Source: Gekko japonicus (Eukaryota). Taken from it: a stretch of 64,000 bases of DNA. Every line of letters begins with the position of its first letter. The first letter of the stretch is position 1. The notes under the pieces are model-generated. The model had not been told where the DNA came from and ran no database searches. It saw only the letters and a list, made by a program, of their open reading frames with translations. The stretch covers positions 2,584,536-2,648,535 of the forward strand of contig NW_015164664.1 of NCBI RefSeq assembly GCF_001447785.1, in the 5' to 3' direction. Positions 49,601-63,281 of the stretch are shown piece by piece. A program made the position numbers and the translations under genes.

Positions 49601-51325
49601 GTGTCTGTAAATTAAATTCTGTACAAGTGGCACTTCCTATGCTCTGCCTCTAATATTTATGGGGCACCTACAAAGTTAAGAGGGGAAGCTCATGTCCAAA
49701 AACTGTCCATCTCACCCAGGTGTTGATACCCCTCTTCACGGGCCAGCCACTTCCCTCCGAGAAGCTGCAGGAGGTCATGGAGGGGCTGGCAACTTCCCTG
49801 AAGCAGTTGGAAGACGTGTTCCTTCAGGACAAACCCTTCCTTGCGGGTGACAAGATCTCTCTTGCAGACCTGATGGCCATTGTGGAGCTCATGCAGGTAA
49901 GGCCTGGTTGGTAATAAAATTCAGGCCCAGGAAAGGCTGGTTCTTTAGTCAGTAGGAAACCTCGCTTGCCTCCACTCCCAGCAGATGGCACTTTCCAGGC
50001 TGAGCTCTGGTGTGGAGCGTTTGTCAAAGCATAACCAGTGTATGTTTAAATGACAGAAGCTGTAAACTCAGAAACAGCAGGGGCCAGCTGCACTGCAGAA
50101 GGGCAATGGTCCAAATTGACCCAAGTGGGTGAGTCAAACCAAGAGCAAGCATGGTACAGTTTGGTGTAGTGGTTAAGTGCGCGGACTCTAATATGGGAGA
50201 ACTGGGTTTGATTCCCCATTCCTCCACTTGCACCTGGCTGGATGACCTTGGGCAAGCCGTAGTTCTGATAAGAGCTGTCCTTGAAAAAGAGCAGTTTCCG
50301 TCAGAGCTCCACCCCCCCCACAGGGTGTCTGTTGTGGGGAGGGGAAGGGAAAGGAGTTTGTAAGCCACTCTAAGACACCTTTGGGTAATGAAGGGTGGGG
50401 TATAAATCCAATCTCTTGTTCTCTTCTTCTTCTTCTACAAAAGAAAGCAAATTACATCCCAAACCTCCATGCTTGCTTTGACTCTCCAATCCTAATTCCA
50501 GAAAGGCCTAATTTGTCCTTCTGAGCTTTACTCTCTCATGCCAAAGCCCTGCACTACATACCTGTGCCAAAATACAGCATTGGGCATAATCTCAGCCATG
50601 ATATAGTGCCAAAACAGCGCCCAAGTGAGACCTGGCTGCAATGCCAGTGGGAGTTATAGAAGAGGGGTATGGTTGCTGTAGGGACATGGAGCCTGAAGAT
50701 TCTGCATTGGCTTTTCCCTCCGTTTATACCAAACCCACGTTGGAACAGAAATTCCCTTCTGCATTGCATGCTGCTCTCACTTTCTTTGATCATCGGATTT
50801 TATGGTACCCTCTATACTGCATGCTGCTTTCACTTTCTTTGATCATTGGGTTTTATGGTGCCCTCTACAAAGATTTATGGCCATTCAGGGGTGACTTTAC
50901 AGTCAGTACGACATTGCTTTGGGGTATCTGAATGTGGTTTTGAGCTGCATCTTTTCTGTTCCCACATGGGTTTGGTAAAACAACAGAGGGAAAGCCAATG
51001 CAGAATCAGCCACAGTTACAGTGGCTAGAGGCATAGAAAAAGGAACATCCCTCCATAGGTTTGAGGCTGTGCATTTACCCTGTGCCTTTGTGCTGCTTTT
51101 GACATCTCTGTCCCATCTCTGCAGCCTGTTGGGGTTGGATGCAACATCTTTGAGGACAGACCCAGGATAGCAGCATGGCACAGAAGGGTGGAAGAAGCAA
51201 TTGGAAAGGAAATCTTCCTACAAGCACATGAACTGATCCTGAACATTCAGAAGTTGAGCACGATACAGATCAACCCACAGCTGAAGGAGCAGCTGGGCCC
51301 TGTGCTGCTGAAGATACTGAAATGA
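43689..51325 (+). CDS. GSTT1: Glutathione S-transferase theta, paralogue B (resembles chicken GSTT1/GST-CL1), ~256 aa; exons 43689-43800, 45288-45344, 47792-47864, 48974-49124, 49720-49896, 51125-51325
   Basis: [15 protein letters not shown]; NAPKTMWIK|VLIPLFTGQPLPSEKLQEVMEGL recalls the chicken theta enzyme; extra phase-1 exon DSILGMKASSETSPGSAQP; TGA 51323-51325. Confidence 0.88.
46452..46659. mobile_element. Non-autonomous DNA transposon with TAGGGTTGCC-type ends (related copies near 34130-34330, 34770-34940, 35824-36050, 52518-52730)
   Basis: TAGGGTTGCCAG ... CTGGCAAACCCT; interior shared among the listed copies. Confidence 0.6.
50157..50435 (+). mobile_element. tRNA-derived SINE (Squam3-like)
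   Basis: Same family; A/B boxes, (TTC)n tail. Confidence 0.8.
50698..51007. repeat. Inverted repeat (~55-bp arms) enclosing a ~50-bp direct repeat
   Basis: GATTCTGCATTGGCTTTTCCCTC...GGAACAGAAA pairs with TTTCTGTTCC...GAGGGAAAGCCAATGCAGAATC; spacer has GCATGCTGCT..CACTT..TTTGATCAT..TTTTATGGT twice. Confidence 0.75.
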
Positions 51326-53196
51326 ATAAAAGTGTTTCAGAGGGAACAGGTGCCCTGGAGTAGTGGTGTCTGTCCAGCCTTTCTTGTACATACAGGGCTA
51401 TCCATCTCCTTAAGAGGCTGGCTATGCATTCAGAACATCATGCTTAGCTGACCTAATCCAAGGAGTTCTTAGGAATTCATGCCTCGCCTGCCACAATTTC
51501 ACAACAACATTGCCTTGCCCCTTTTCATAGCATCAACAGTGAGAACTTCACCAAAAACGTCCTGTTTTGCTTTCTGCACTCCAGAACACCAGACTGAAAG
51601 CACTGTAAGTAATCTTGCAGGTTGCTCTATTTATCCTCTCCTTTATGCTTTGCTTGATACATGGCAGCCATGCTAATTCCAGATGAGTAGCCATGTTTGT
51701 TGGTTGCAGGAGCAGCATTTTATGCTCTGGCTCACCGAACATTACGCTGCGGCTGAACATATAAAGTTGACCCTGCTACTGACTGCCCATAGGTGGGTTC
51801 AGTTCCAGACAGCAGGAGCAACCTGCCCCGTGACCCTTCCTGCCACATTCAACTCTTTTGTTTTCTTGTGGAGATGAAGTACAGGATCCCATTTGCAGTG
51901 ATGAGGGATCCATGAATGAACACACCAAACTGCCTTTTAGTCAATCAGACCATGGAGTCTAGCACAGTATTGCTTATTCCAAATGGCAGGAGCTCACTGT
52001 GTGCAAGCGGAGACAACTAGTCAGCAACACCACAGCTGGTAATACATCACAAGTGTAATCAGTTCTTGGATCTGGATCCTATCAGCTTTGCTGCTCCATC
52101 TCTTCTGGCTCCACTCTTCACTGTAATCACCATTTCACATGGCTTTCTCCACCACACAGGTCCCATAATCCAAATCATAGACTTTTTGGTGAGCCTCTCT
52201 GCCTTTTTTCACCACTGGATATAGCCCTTTGAGGTTGCATGTACTTGGCTGCCAATGTACGTGACAAAAATAGCAGCTGACTCCCTCAGTTATAGTGCTG
52301 CCAGCCATGAGGCCTGCACTGAAGCAACAAAGGACTGGTGAAATGATTAATTTTATTGGACCAGCTGGTAGGTTAAAGTGGCACAAGCATTTGATTTTCA
52401 CAGAAATCCTTTACCAGACAACTGGCATTTGCTCCTCCTACTTTTACTCAGTGCTGTTTCTAAAGGTAAGACCTATGTTTTTAGCAGCCAAGCCACCTGT
52501 TGGTCTCCATAAGAGGTAGGGTTGCCATTTTCAGCTTGAGAACTTCCTGGAGATATAGAGAAGCTGCCTGGGGAAGGTGAGGTTTGAGGCGGGTGCTCAG
52601 AGGGGATAGGATATCCTAATCTGTCCTCTGCAGCTGCCATTTCTTCCAGGGAAATTGATTTTTGCTCTCTGGAGATTAGTTGTAATTCCAGGAGAACTCC
52701 AGGCCCTACCTATCTGGGATGGTAATACTAACAAAAGATCCATCACAGTGCACTGTGTAGGTCCTTCCAAAGAAGCAAGACATTTTCCCTTTCTGAAGGG
52801 AATGGTTAAAGATGATTTTTCGTCTTCTGCTAGCAACACATTTTACCTCTCTTTCTGTTTTCTCCCCAGTTTTCTGCATCTGTAAACAATGTTATGCCCT
52901 TTGATGGTCAAAGCAAAAGCCCTAATCAGATCCTCATATGAAGCTCAACTTTTCCCCATCTCAATTGAAAATGATGTCTCTGGGACCTGTAGGAAGAGGA
53001 ATGGCATTGCTAAGGTCAAAGGGCAACCAGAGCAGAGGCATCTACCACACTCTCCCCTGATTGGCCTGTCAGATTCCTTCTGTGCAGGCTGTTTACCTTG
53101 CAGACGAATCAGAAGCTTTGGAAGATGTTTCTGTTGGTCCCACTGGTGGGGGAAGTTACACTACTGGACTCTACCAGCTAGCCCGGTCCAGTTGCA

Positions 53197-56100
53197 ATGG
53201 TGCTGGAACTCTACTTAGACCTACTCTCCCAGCCCTGCAGGGCGGTCTACATCTTTGCCAAGAAGAACAACATCCCTTTCAAGGTGAAAAGCATAGAGAT
53301 GCTTAAAGGTAATCAGGAATAGGGACAGAGATATCTGAAATATACTTTTCTGTCTGAGTCCTACCACACATATGCAAAGGTAACATCTGTTGTGTTCAGA
53401 CAGTTAAATTAATTTAATTTTAAAAGTTTGTCCTCGATTAGGTTCAGTGGGACAGGAGAGCGGCTGAAACATAAAACAGGAGTCCAATGGCAATTTAGAG
53501 AGTAACAAAATTTATTCCGGCATAAGGTTTTGTTAGTCAGAGCTCACTTCATCAGATACACCTATGGTTGTCTTCTTCCACCAAAGGCTCAGCTTCAGGA
53601 GGGATGCCCATGGAGTGGTGAGGGAGGAGGGCGATACCTGCCTAGCCAGCCAGATCAAACAGATCAACCCTGGCAATCAAGGGAGTGACAGATGTCTCAG
53701 CCAGCTAAAATTGATGAATGTAGATTAAAGACAGCAAACAACAAAAAGGTGGGAGAGATTGTTATACCTTTACAGTTTACAATGGATCTTTCAAGTCAGT
53801 TAAAGAAGTAAGATGTAAAATCATGGGCAATTTCTGGGACCTGTCAGGGGCATCAGCATGCAGGGGCTGTGGATATTGGCCTTTCTTTCTTGCTGCTTGT
53901 CACTGGGCCATTAGAAATCCAGTCCTAAATTTTGCTCTCCCTGCTGCCTACTCTCCCTACCCCCCCAAGTCTCAACTTGTGACATAGCTGAAGGAACTTA
54001 TATCTGGTCCACTTATCTTCTCCATTTGTCGTCTGCTAGACATTAACACATAGCTTGAGTATCTCCACCACCTTTTTTCTGTTCATTCTATGAGAGTCTC
54101 TCCTTCCTTGGAAACCATTGAGGGCTTATTATCGCAATTCCCTGCTCCCACCCACATCATAGATCTTACTTGAATAATGCAATAAACTATATTGCTTTAC
54201 TGTACACTCTTTGGCCTTCAGAGCTAAAACAATCTCTTGCCCTCTCTTATCAACTTGGAGGAGAATGTAAATTCTAAGTGGCTTTCCAAACATTAGATGA
54301 CTGCTTCAACCCCACTCTGCATGAGATTATTGATTCCTACCAGTTTTACTGCCTATTACCTCATACCATTGTGTTCCTTAAGCAATACTTTGCTACTTCA
54401 CTAACACAATTATTAGAACTATCACAGCATAGTAGGTAGTGACAGACAAGGATCTTGTACACTTGGGTTCAAGGCCACCACATGGAGCTTACGTGGGAGA
54501 CTTGCAGCCAGTCACTCTCTCTCCCTCACCTTAACCTACCTCACAGGGTTGTGGTGAGCATAACATGCAAGAGGAGAATGCCATGCTGCTCTGAGCTCCT
54601 TGGAGAAAGGGTGAGATAACAATGTGACAGATAAAGTACTACCCATTGTTATAATGGAGCAAGAGTCCAGTAGCACCTTAAAGACTAGCAAAATATGTGG
54701 CAGCTAAGACAAAAATGTGTGAGCCGGAGGCTAAAAACTGTGAACTAGCTCACACTAACTCAGCTTAGAGGGAACACTGGTGGCAGGGTATGAGCTTTCA
54801 TGAGCCACTACTCACTTCTTCAGGTATCTGAAGACGTGAGCAGTGACTCATGAAACTCATATCCTGCCACATATTTTGTTGGTCTTTAAGGTGCTTGGGG
54901 AGCTGCGGTGGCTCAAGTGGTTAAGACGCTGAACTGCAGGCTGTGGAAGGTCGGTAGTTCAGCAGTTCGAGATCTGAGTGTGCCACATGACGGAGTGAGC
55001 TCCTGTCTCTAGTTCCAGCTCCTGCCAACCTAGCAGTTCGAAAGCAAAAATTGCAAGTAGATAAATAGGTACCGCTTCAGTGGGAAGGTAACAGCGTTCC
55101 GTGCGCCTTGGTGTTTAGTCATGCCGGCCATATGACCACGGAAACGTCTTCGGACAGCGCTGGCTCTTCGGCTTTGAAACGGAGATGAGCACCGCAACCC
55201 TAGAGTCAGATTCGACTGGCTTTCGAGCAAGGGAACCTTTACCTTTACCTTTTACTTAAGGTGCTACTGGACTCTTGCTCTTTTCTACTGCTACAGACAG
55301 ACTAACAAGCCTATCCATCTTGATCCATCATTATAATAATGGGCTGCTCCAAACTTTGTGGAAAAACTGCTACCAGTTATCTTTGAGTAAAGCCATAGAG
55401 AACTAAGAGAGTAGAGTATGCCATCCACTCACTGTCTTTGACACCATGTTTCCACAGCTACAGTTAGTTTAGGCCAGTCCTTCCTAGAAGAAACTTATTT
55501 TTATTTTATTAGTTCAATTTATACCCTGCCCTTCCCGCTGAGGTGAGCTCAGGGCGGCTTACATAAAATACATTTCTCACATGGTACAACCTCTAAGAGC
55601 AATGGCAGAGGTGCAGAAAGTTTGATGCTGAGGAGAGAGAAGAGGCTACTGCTTTCATGCCTGGTTTGGGAGCTCTCTCATATATCCGGCTGGCTGCTAC
55701 TGGATCTTGTACTCTCATGTTCTCTATACGTGTCCCCTAAAAGCAGAATAGCTTTCAAGTCATGAGAACACAGGCTTTGGCTGACATCTTTTCGTCAGTC
55801 TTCTGGCTAAAATTAAATCCTTAGGTTGTGACCAGTGTTCCCTCTAAGCTGAGTTGGTGTGAGCTAGCTCACCGTTTTTCAGCCTCCGGCTCACACATTT
55901 TTGTCTCTGCTCAGGAAGGAGGGCTCCAGAGCAAACTAATGTATGCAGCAGCCAAATCGCTCGCTCACAACTTTAATGCCAGTACAAAGTAGAATTTTTG
56001 TTCACAACACTCCACAGTTTAGAGGGAACATGTGACCAGTACCAATGCTTCCAGTTTCAAATTATCTCAAGACTTGGAATAACCATATACACAAGCCATA

Positions 56101-59100
56101 TGCATATTTAGGGTTCATGTGATTAGAATGTAAAATAAAAGCACAATCCACTAAACCAGGTTACAGGGCTGATCAGTTATGATAATCCAAGGGACCATGG
56201 TGAGGGAGTGAATCCTGTTCAATGTGTGGTGGCTGAGGACAAAAACACTTTCTGGTAGGATTTTCCCATGTGACACCTATCTGTTTTATATAGTAAATGG
56301 CCCAGGTCCTGCACAAAGTCCCATAGCAAAATGCTTTAGCCTCACCGGCGTCACATTTAAATCAAACTTGATGTACAAAGTGTAGAATATGTGAGAATTT
56401 CTGCAGGCCTTCATCTAATTGATTTACTTATTTATAATACCCCACACTCTCCAAGACTAACATCTGAGGTGGCATATAGCATACCATTTGTAATGGTTTT
56501 TCCTGTTCTCTTTCACCAACATTTAGGGCAGCAGTTCAGTGAAGAAATTAACAAGGTGAATATCCTCAGGAAAGTGCCAGTTCTGAAAGATGGTGATTAT
56601 ACTTTAGAGGAGAGGTAAGAAGAGCAAAGAAAAGGCCCACGGCTCTCCCTATTCCATAATTATACCTAAATGTTAATTACAATCCTTTACAATCCTAGTG
56701 CCACTCCCTCCTAGCAAGAAGAAGGGGGGCACTCTCTCTTTTTACAAAGTAACATTGGCCATGGAAGTAGAAAGTGAAATCTGTGGGATTTTTAAAAAAT
56801 TGATGTTTTAACTGTTGGCTGTCTAGCAAACATCCAGATTGTGCGGGAGGGGGGACTTTTTGATTGTCTTGGTGGGAAGTTAACTGGGAATCTGTAGTTG
56901 CCAGAGAGTACAGTCCCAGTAGACTAAATTTGTTTAGGGATGTCAGAAGCAACTTGATGGCACATAACACACGAGGGTTGCTATCTTTTCAGTTGTGCAC
57001 TGTAGCTGAGCCTTTAACAGCAGCTCCACTTGTAGGTATTACCAGGTGACCTATGTCCATGTAGTGAGAAGCTCCATTGGCTAATTCCTGATGGTCAAGC
57101 CTGTATGAAAGGCAAAGTTGGCTTATTCTAGTATGATTCCTCCCTCTCATTCCCAAAGCTGCCTGGCTCCTTTAACACTAAAGCATTAAGGAAAGCCAAA
57201 AGCTGGCAGGGCTGTCTGACTTCACCCTCTCACACTACTTTTTGGTCCAACAGCACAGCCATCCTTCTATACTTGACCCGCAAGTACAATACACCCAGTC
57301 ACTGGTACCCCCCTGACATGAAGAAGCGGGGTCGTGTCGATGAATATTTGGCCTGGCAACACAGCACCATCCGACCAAGTGCTTCCAAAATCTTGTGGCT
57401 TAAGGTAAGGCTCCCAAGTCCCTGGACATAAACAGGGGAGACAAGTTGCTTTTTGACAGCCTTTCAGTGTGCCTTGAATTCCTTCCTCTGTGGTTCAGGA
57501 GCCTTTGCTGCAAGATGCAGCAGCAACAGGAAAAGCCAGCATTGCCTGGTGAATTTTCTGATATCACACAGCTAGCTATGAAAAGCTCTGTCAGGAATTG
57601 GGATGGTAAACTAAGGCTCAGCACTGGTTGTCTGAGCCTTTCGGTAGCTACTACAGTGGAACGTCGTCAGCTTCTGTCTACTATCTCCCTGATAGAGATT
57701 TTGTGCCTTTTAACAACAGGGTGACAGGCAGAAATTCCACTGAATCTCTAGTGGTTTTGTTTTTTAATATACAGAATATAGGGTGGGAGCCTTTTGTAAG
57801 AGTGTAACTAGAGCCGACAGCAAAGTAACCAAGAAGCAGCTATGGAAGAAAAAGAAATATGTGATAATCAGTTTGGAGACTGAGACCAGCTATCTTTGCC
57901 AGTGTTTGAACAACCTAAACGACTGCTGACCTTACTGCACTGAAGAACAATTCACATACCTGTTCAGTTTCTAGTGGAATGCCTGATCTGGTTTTGGACA
58001 AATCTCAGACATATCAAAGTGTATTTGCCCACATGGTGTCAAATGCACCCAGTTGGAGGAAGAGATCTGTGGATGGGAACTGGTCTGTAAAGATGTCCTT
58101 TCATTCTCTGCTTCTAGGAACCTGATGAAGTGATTCCCAAAAGCTTATGTTAAAATAAATGCTGTTAGTCTCTTAAGGTGCCACTGGATTATTGTTTAAT
58201 TTTTCTGCTTCTAGGTGGAACTCTCAGCGTGGCTTCATATCCAGCTGTTAATAATGCTTGTGCTCTTTTGGGGGGCAGGTGGTGATCCCTCTCTTCTTAG
58301 GGCATCAAGTACCCCCTGAGAAACTGCAAGATGCGATTGAAGACCTGACCATTTCCCTGAGGAAGCTGGACGAGAAGTTCCTGCAAGATAAGGCCTTCAT
58401 TGTTGGAAATGAGATCTCCCTGGCTGACTTGGTGGCTATTGTGGAACTCATGCAGGTAACTCATGCTGCGGCAACCCTCACATCCCTTCTCTTTTAGTGG
58501 TCCTAATGTAGGACAGGGAGGTGGAATCTGGTGTTAAGTCCAGATAGACAATCAGAAGAGAAGAGACTGGATTTATACCCTGCCCTTCACTCGTTTGAAC
58601 AACCTAAACGACTGCTGACCTTACTGCACTGAAGAACAATTCACATACCTGTTCAGTTTCTAGTGGAATGCCTGATCTGGTTTTGGACAAATCTCAGACA
58701 TATCAAAGTGTATTTGCCCACATGGTGTCAAATGCACCCAGTTGGAGGAAGAGATCTGTGGATGGGAACTGGTCTGTAAAGATGTCCTTTCATTCTCTGC
58801 TTCTAGGAACCTGATGAAGTGATCCCCAAAAGCTTATGTTAAAATAAATGCTGTTAGTCTCTTAAGGTGCCACTGGATTATTGTTTAATTTTTCTGCTTC
58901 TAGGTGGAACTCTCAGCGTGGCTTCATATCCAGCTGTTAATAATGCTTGTGCTCTTTTGGGGGGCAGGTGGTGATCCCTCTCTTCTTAGGGCATCAAGTA
59001 CCCCCTGAGAAACTGCAAGATGCGATTGAAGACCTGACCATTTCCCTGAGGAAGCTGGACGAGAAGTTCCTGCAAGATAAGGCCTTCATTGTTGGAAATG

Positions 59101-59739
59101 AGATCTCCCTGGCTGACTTGGTGGCTATTGTGGAACTCATGCAGGTAACTCATGCTGCGGCAACCCTCACATCCCTTCTCTTTTAGTGGTCCTAATGTAG
59201 GACAGGGAGGTGGAATCTGGTGTTAAGTCCAGATAGACAATCAGAAGAGAAGAGACTGGATTTATACCCTGCCCTTCACTCAGGAGTCCCAGGGCACCTT
59301 ACAATCTCCTTCCCTTTCTCTCCCCACAACAGACACCCTAAGAGGTAGATGGGCTGAGAGAGCTCTGAGAGAACTTCTCTTGAGAGAACAGCTCTGCAAG
59401 AACTTGTGACTGACCCAAGGTCACCCAGGTGGCTGCACATGGAGTGGGGAATCAAAGCCGGTTCTCTCCGATTAGAGTCCCTGCACTTAACCACTACACC
59501 AGACAGTTATGTCACTTGCATGCTTATTCTCTTTCTAGCCCCTGGGAGCCGGCTGGGATGTCTTCGAGGGCCACCCTAAACTCCTAGAGTGGCGCAGAAG
59601 AGTCGAAAGTGCTGTGGGGAAGGAGCTCTTCATGGAAGCGCACGGACGGATCCTGAACACCAGTGAGCTGAAGAACATCCGCATTGATGCCCCCCTGCAA
59701 GCACAAATGAAACCCATGCTGCTGAAGATGCTGAAATAA
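53197..59739 (+). CDS. Glutathione S-transferase theta, paralogue C, 242 aa (one copy of exon 4); exons 53197-53308, 56527-56614, 57254-57404, 58279-58455 and/or 58968-59144, 59539-59739
   Basis: [64 protein letters not shown]; same exon sizes as paralogue A; TAA 59737-59739. Confidence 0.9.
53470..53563 (-). mobile_element. Penelope-like terminal repeat remnant with degenerate hammerhead core
   Basis: - strand GTATCTGATGAAGTGAGCTCTGACTAACAAAACCTTATG...AATAAA...TGGACTCC; same family as 54657-55320, 48445-48570, 43990-44070 and 44835-44995. Confidence 0.6.
53564..53704 (-). pseudogene. RN7SK: 7SK snRNA-derived fragment (about nt 15-155 of 7SK)
   Basis: Reverse complement CTGGCTGAGACATCTGTCACTCCCTTGATTGCCAGGGTTGATCTGTTTGATCTGGCTGGCTAGGCAGGTATCGCCCTCCTCCCTCACCACTCCATGGGCATCCCTCCTGAAGCTG...GAAGAAGACAACCAT aligns by eye with the vertebrate 7SK 5' region; differences are mostly CpG-decay transitions. 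Confidence 0.88.
54657..55320. mobile_element. Penelope-derived palindrome carrying two nested insertions
   Basis: Arms GAGCAAGAGTCCAGTAGCACCTTAAAGAC... / ...GTCTTTAAGGTGCT[SINE]ACTGGACTCTTGCTC; centre near 54825; interrupted by a MITE piece (54704-54779) and a SINE (54897-55254). Confidence 0.7.
54897..55254 (+). mobile_element. Sauria-type SINE
   Basis: tRNA-like head, (ACCTTT)n tail, TSD TTAAGGTGCT on both sides. Confidence 0.82.
55833..56032. mobile_element. hAT-like MITE
   Basis: TIRs CAGTGTTCCCTCTAA / TTAGAGGGAACA; its left end matches the inverted fragment at 54704-54779. Confidence 0.7.
57904..59281 (+). repeat. 689-bp tandem duplication containing GSTT-C exon 4
   Basis: 57904-58592 and 58593-59281 are identical by eye except T58135/C58824; identical ORFs at 58258 and 58947. 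Confidence 0.95.
59244..59501 (-). mobile_element. tRNA-derived SINE (Squam3-like)
   Basis: Reverse complement of the family; its tail is also present, truncated, at the end of duplication copy 1 (~58555-58592). Confidence 0.75.
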
Positions 59740-60273
59740 ACAGGGCCGCCAGGGCCTGCTAAACCTATCTCCGCGTTTTCTGTGTCTTTTTCTGCGGCCT
59801 GGCCTTATTTTGACCCAGTGGTGCCTGTAGCCATTCACACATTTATTTTTTTGCATACAATTTGCTTTTGTTCGAGCAAAAGTAATCCGTGAGCCCTCAG
59901 AAACAGAGGCGTGAATATTCCATGCAGATTAAATACAGAAATAAAACAGATTTTGCATAATCGTTTTGTTTCAGAATAAACTCATGCCATCCAGCAAACA
60001 AAGAGCGGCCGGCCAGTCACAACGAAGCCTCTTCCGGTGCGTGTGTACTTACGGAAGCAGAGCAGTGGCCGGCCCCTTTGCGCAAGCCAGGGCTGGGGAC
60101 AGAGTTTGTTGGCGCTGCTCTCGTCCCATGAGCGCTCGCCCAAGGGCAAATTCCTCTTCTCCCCGACGGAGCGCGCTGCAAGCACCGCCTCCTCCGGAGC
60201 TCCAGTTTAGCCCCCGTAGCTCAGCCCAGTCATTGTCTCTCGGGGCCCGTCGGGGGGAGCTGCGGGAGCAACG

Positions 60274-62712
<2,439 letters not shown>

Positions 62713-62956
62713 AGTGTCCAGAAGTCCACCAAATGATCTCTTGGCCAAGGCCATAAGCTACACTTTGTAGTGTTCTGCAGGATCCTCTGGGGGTTATACC
62801 TTTTCTTTTCTCGGAAATAAACCCAGTTTCCAGTTTACCTGGCAAGACTAGAAGTAACCCCTGAAGATCTGCATATGTGTGCTCACCTGTCAGACCAAGC
62901 CTTGTATTACCTTCCATTGCGTAGGTTTTGTGTGAGGTGCCTTTATTTTGTAGGGA

Positions 62957-63281
62957 CAACATTTGTCAGCTACAGCCTGCTGATATGCTGTTTGCTTGGG
63001 GACCAGTAAAGGCAAATTACATTCTGTTAACAATAAACTTGCCAATTAAATGTTCACTGCTTTTGTTGTTGTTGTTTCTTGAATGCTAACATAATGTTTG
63101 ATGCGGCTGAATTTGCTCAACATTTGTCAGCTACAGCCTGCTGATATGCTGTTTGCTTGGGGACCAGTAAAGGCAAATTACATTCTGTTAACAATAAACT
63201 TGCCAATTAAATGTTCACTGCTTTTGTTGTTGTTGTTGTTTCTTGAATGCTGACATAATGTTTGATGCGGCTGAATTTGCT
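62957..63281 (+). repeat. 161/164-bp tandem duplication downstream of DDT, each copy with AATAAA
   Basis: 62957-63117 vs 63118-63281; differ by one GTT unit and one A/G. Confidence 0.92.

Noticed and set aside
53564-53704. Functional 7SK gene
   Set aside because: Lacks both ends, shows CpG decay, and no PSE/TATA was recognised upstream.
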